A stretch of DNA of 64,000 bases. Origin: Lingula anatina (lineage: Eukaryota; Animalia; Brachiopoda). The position numbers and the translations under genes are program-made. The stretch covers positions 5,518,001 through 5,582,000 of the forward strand of contig CM120642.1 of NCBI GenBank assembly GCA_051362555.1. Direction: 5' to 3'. Positions 63,379-64,000 of this stretch are shown piece by piece. Below the pieces are notes generated by a model. The model worked only from the letters and a program-made list of their open reading frames with translations, was not told the DNA's origin and ran no database searches. Positions within the stretch are counted from its first letter, which is position 1; each line of letters starts with the position of its first letter.

Positions 63379-64000
63379 GCCCCCGTTTCACAAAGAATCT
63401 TAAATCCATAGTCGACTAGCTCGAGCTGGATGGCCTAGCTAGGTCGACTTAGCTGAAGTCGACTAGGAGTGTTTCACAAAGAATCTAACGTCTTAGCTCG
63501 GCGTGCTTACCGTAGTCGACGCGCACGAGAAACTCTTCAAGAAAAGGAGGTGTAAAATTGCAAAAGTTTCACAAGACATGACGTTTCATTCGCCTTATTC
63601 ATATAGACCATAATCCTTTGCGCGCAACAGGAGTTCCGGTATTTTTTTCCCATAGCAATTCTATAGACGCGTGAATTAAATGCCGCACAGGTAAGTGAAA
63701 AATGATTATTTAATTTCAAATAAAATAGATATGAATAAAACTAATATTTCTCCTCATGATTATCACATTTTGCCATGAAATTAGTCGTTTTTTAATAATT
63801 TTTTTTTATTTAGACGATAGGCTGACTTGGAGCGCATTTGCGCACCGCAGTGTGTTAGATGTGTTGAGAGGAGATTGCGTTCGTGCTTGTCTTGTTTGAC
63901 CCATTTTTAAAGTCACGTTGGTTTGTTTTGATTTTCTGCGAGTCCGATATGAGTCGGATGTCCATTTTGTAAACCATAGCCAGGCCAAATTTACCCAACT
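63379..64000. mobile_element. Left end of a further Harbinger-like element
   Basis: CAG|GCCCCCGTTTCACAAAG terminus with repeated GTTTCACAAAGAATCT and GTCGACT motifs, organised like 5656-6342. It runs off the window. Confidence 0.5.

Overview
This is AT-rich animal (probably marine invertebrate) genomic DNA with spliceosomal introns, and most of it is nested transposable elements. The only clear host genes are two intronless paralogues (3632-4117 and 60982-61503, both +). They encode a small secreted, strongly cationic protein with 16 mature cysteines and thrombospondin-type-1-like WxxWxxCxxxC motifs, and they lie in a duplicated segment about 57 kb apart. The signal peptide, Cys codons and 3' flank are near-identical, yet by hand alignment the mature region differs at 40 amino-acid-changing codons against one purely synonymous codon. 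This toxin/immune-effector-like hypervariability is the main finding. Between the copies are an intact young BEL/Pao LTR retrotransposon with TG...TA LTR ends and a CMC/EnSpm transposon (intact transposase plus a 7-exon accessory gene). There are also two degenerate ISL2EU elements with mutually interleaved antisense transposase and SWIM-YqaJ genes. The rest comprises Helentron-type non-autonomous elements carrying 146- and 161-bp tandem arrays, and Harbinger-, hAT-, MULE- and Academ-like non-autonomous elements. All alignments and counts were done by eye; family assignments rest on recalled motifs, not database searches.
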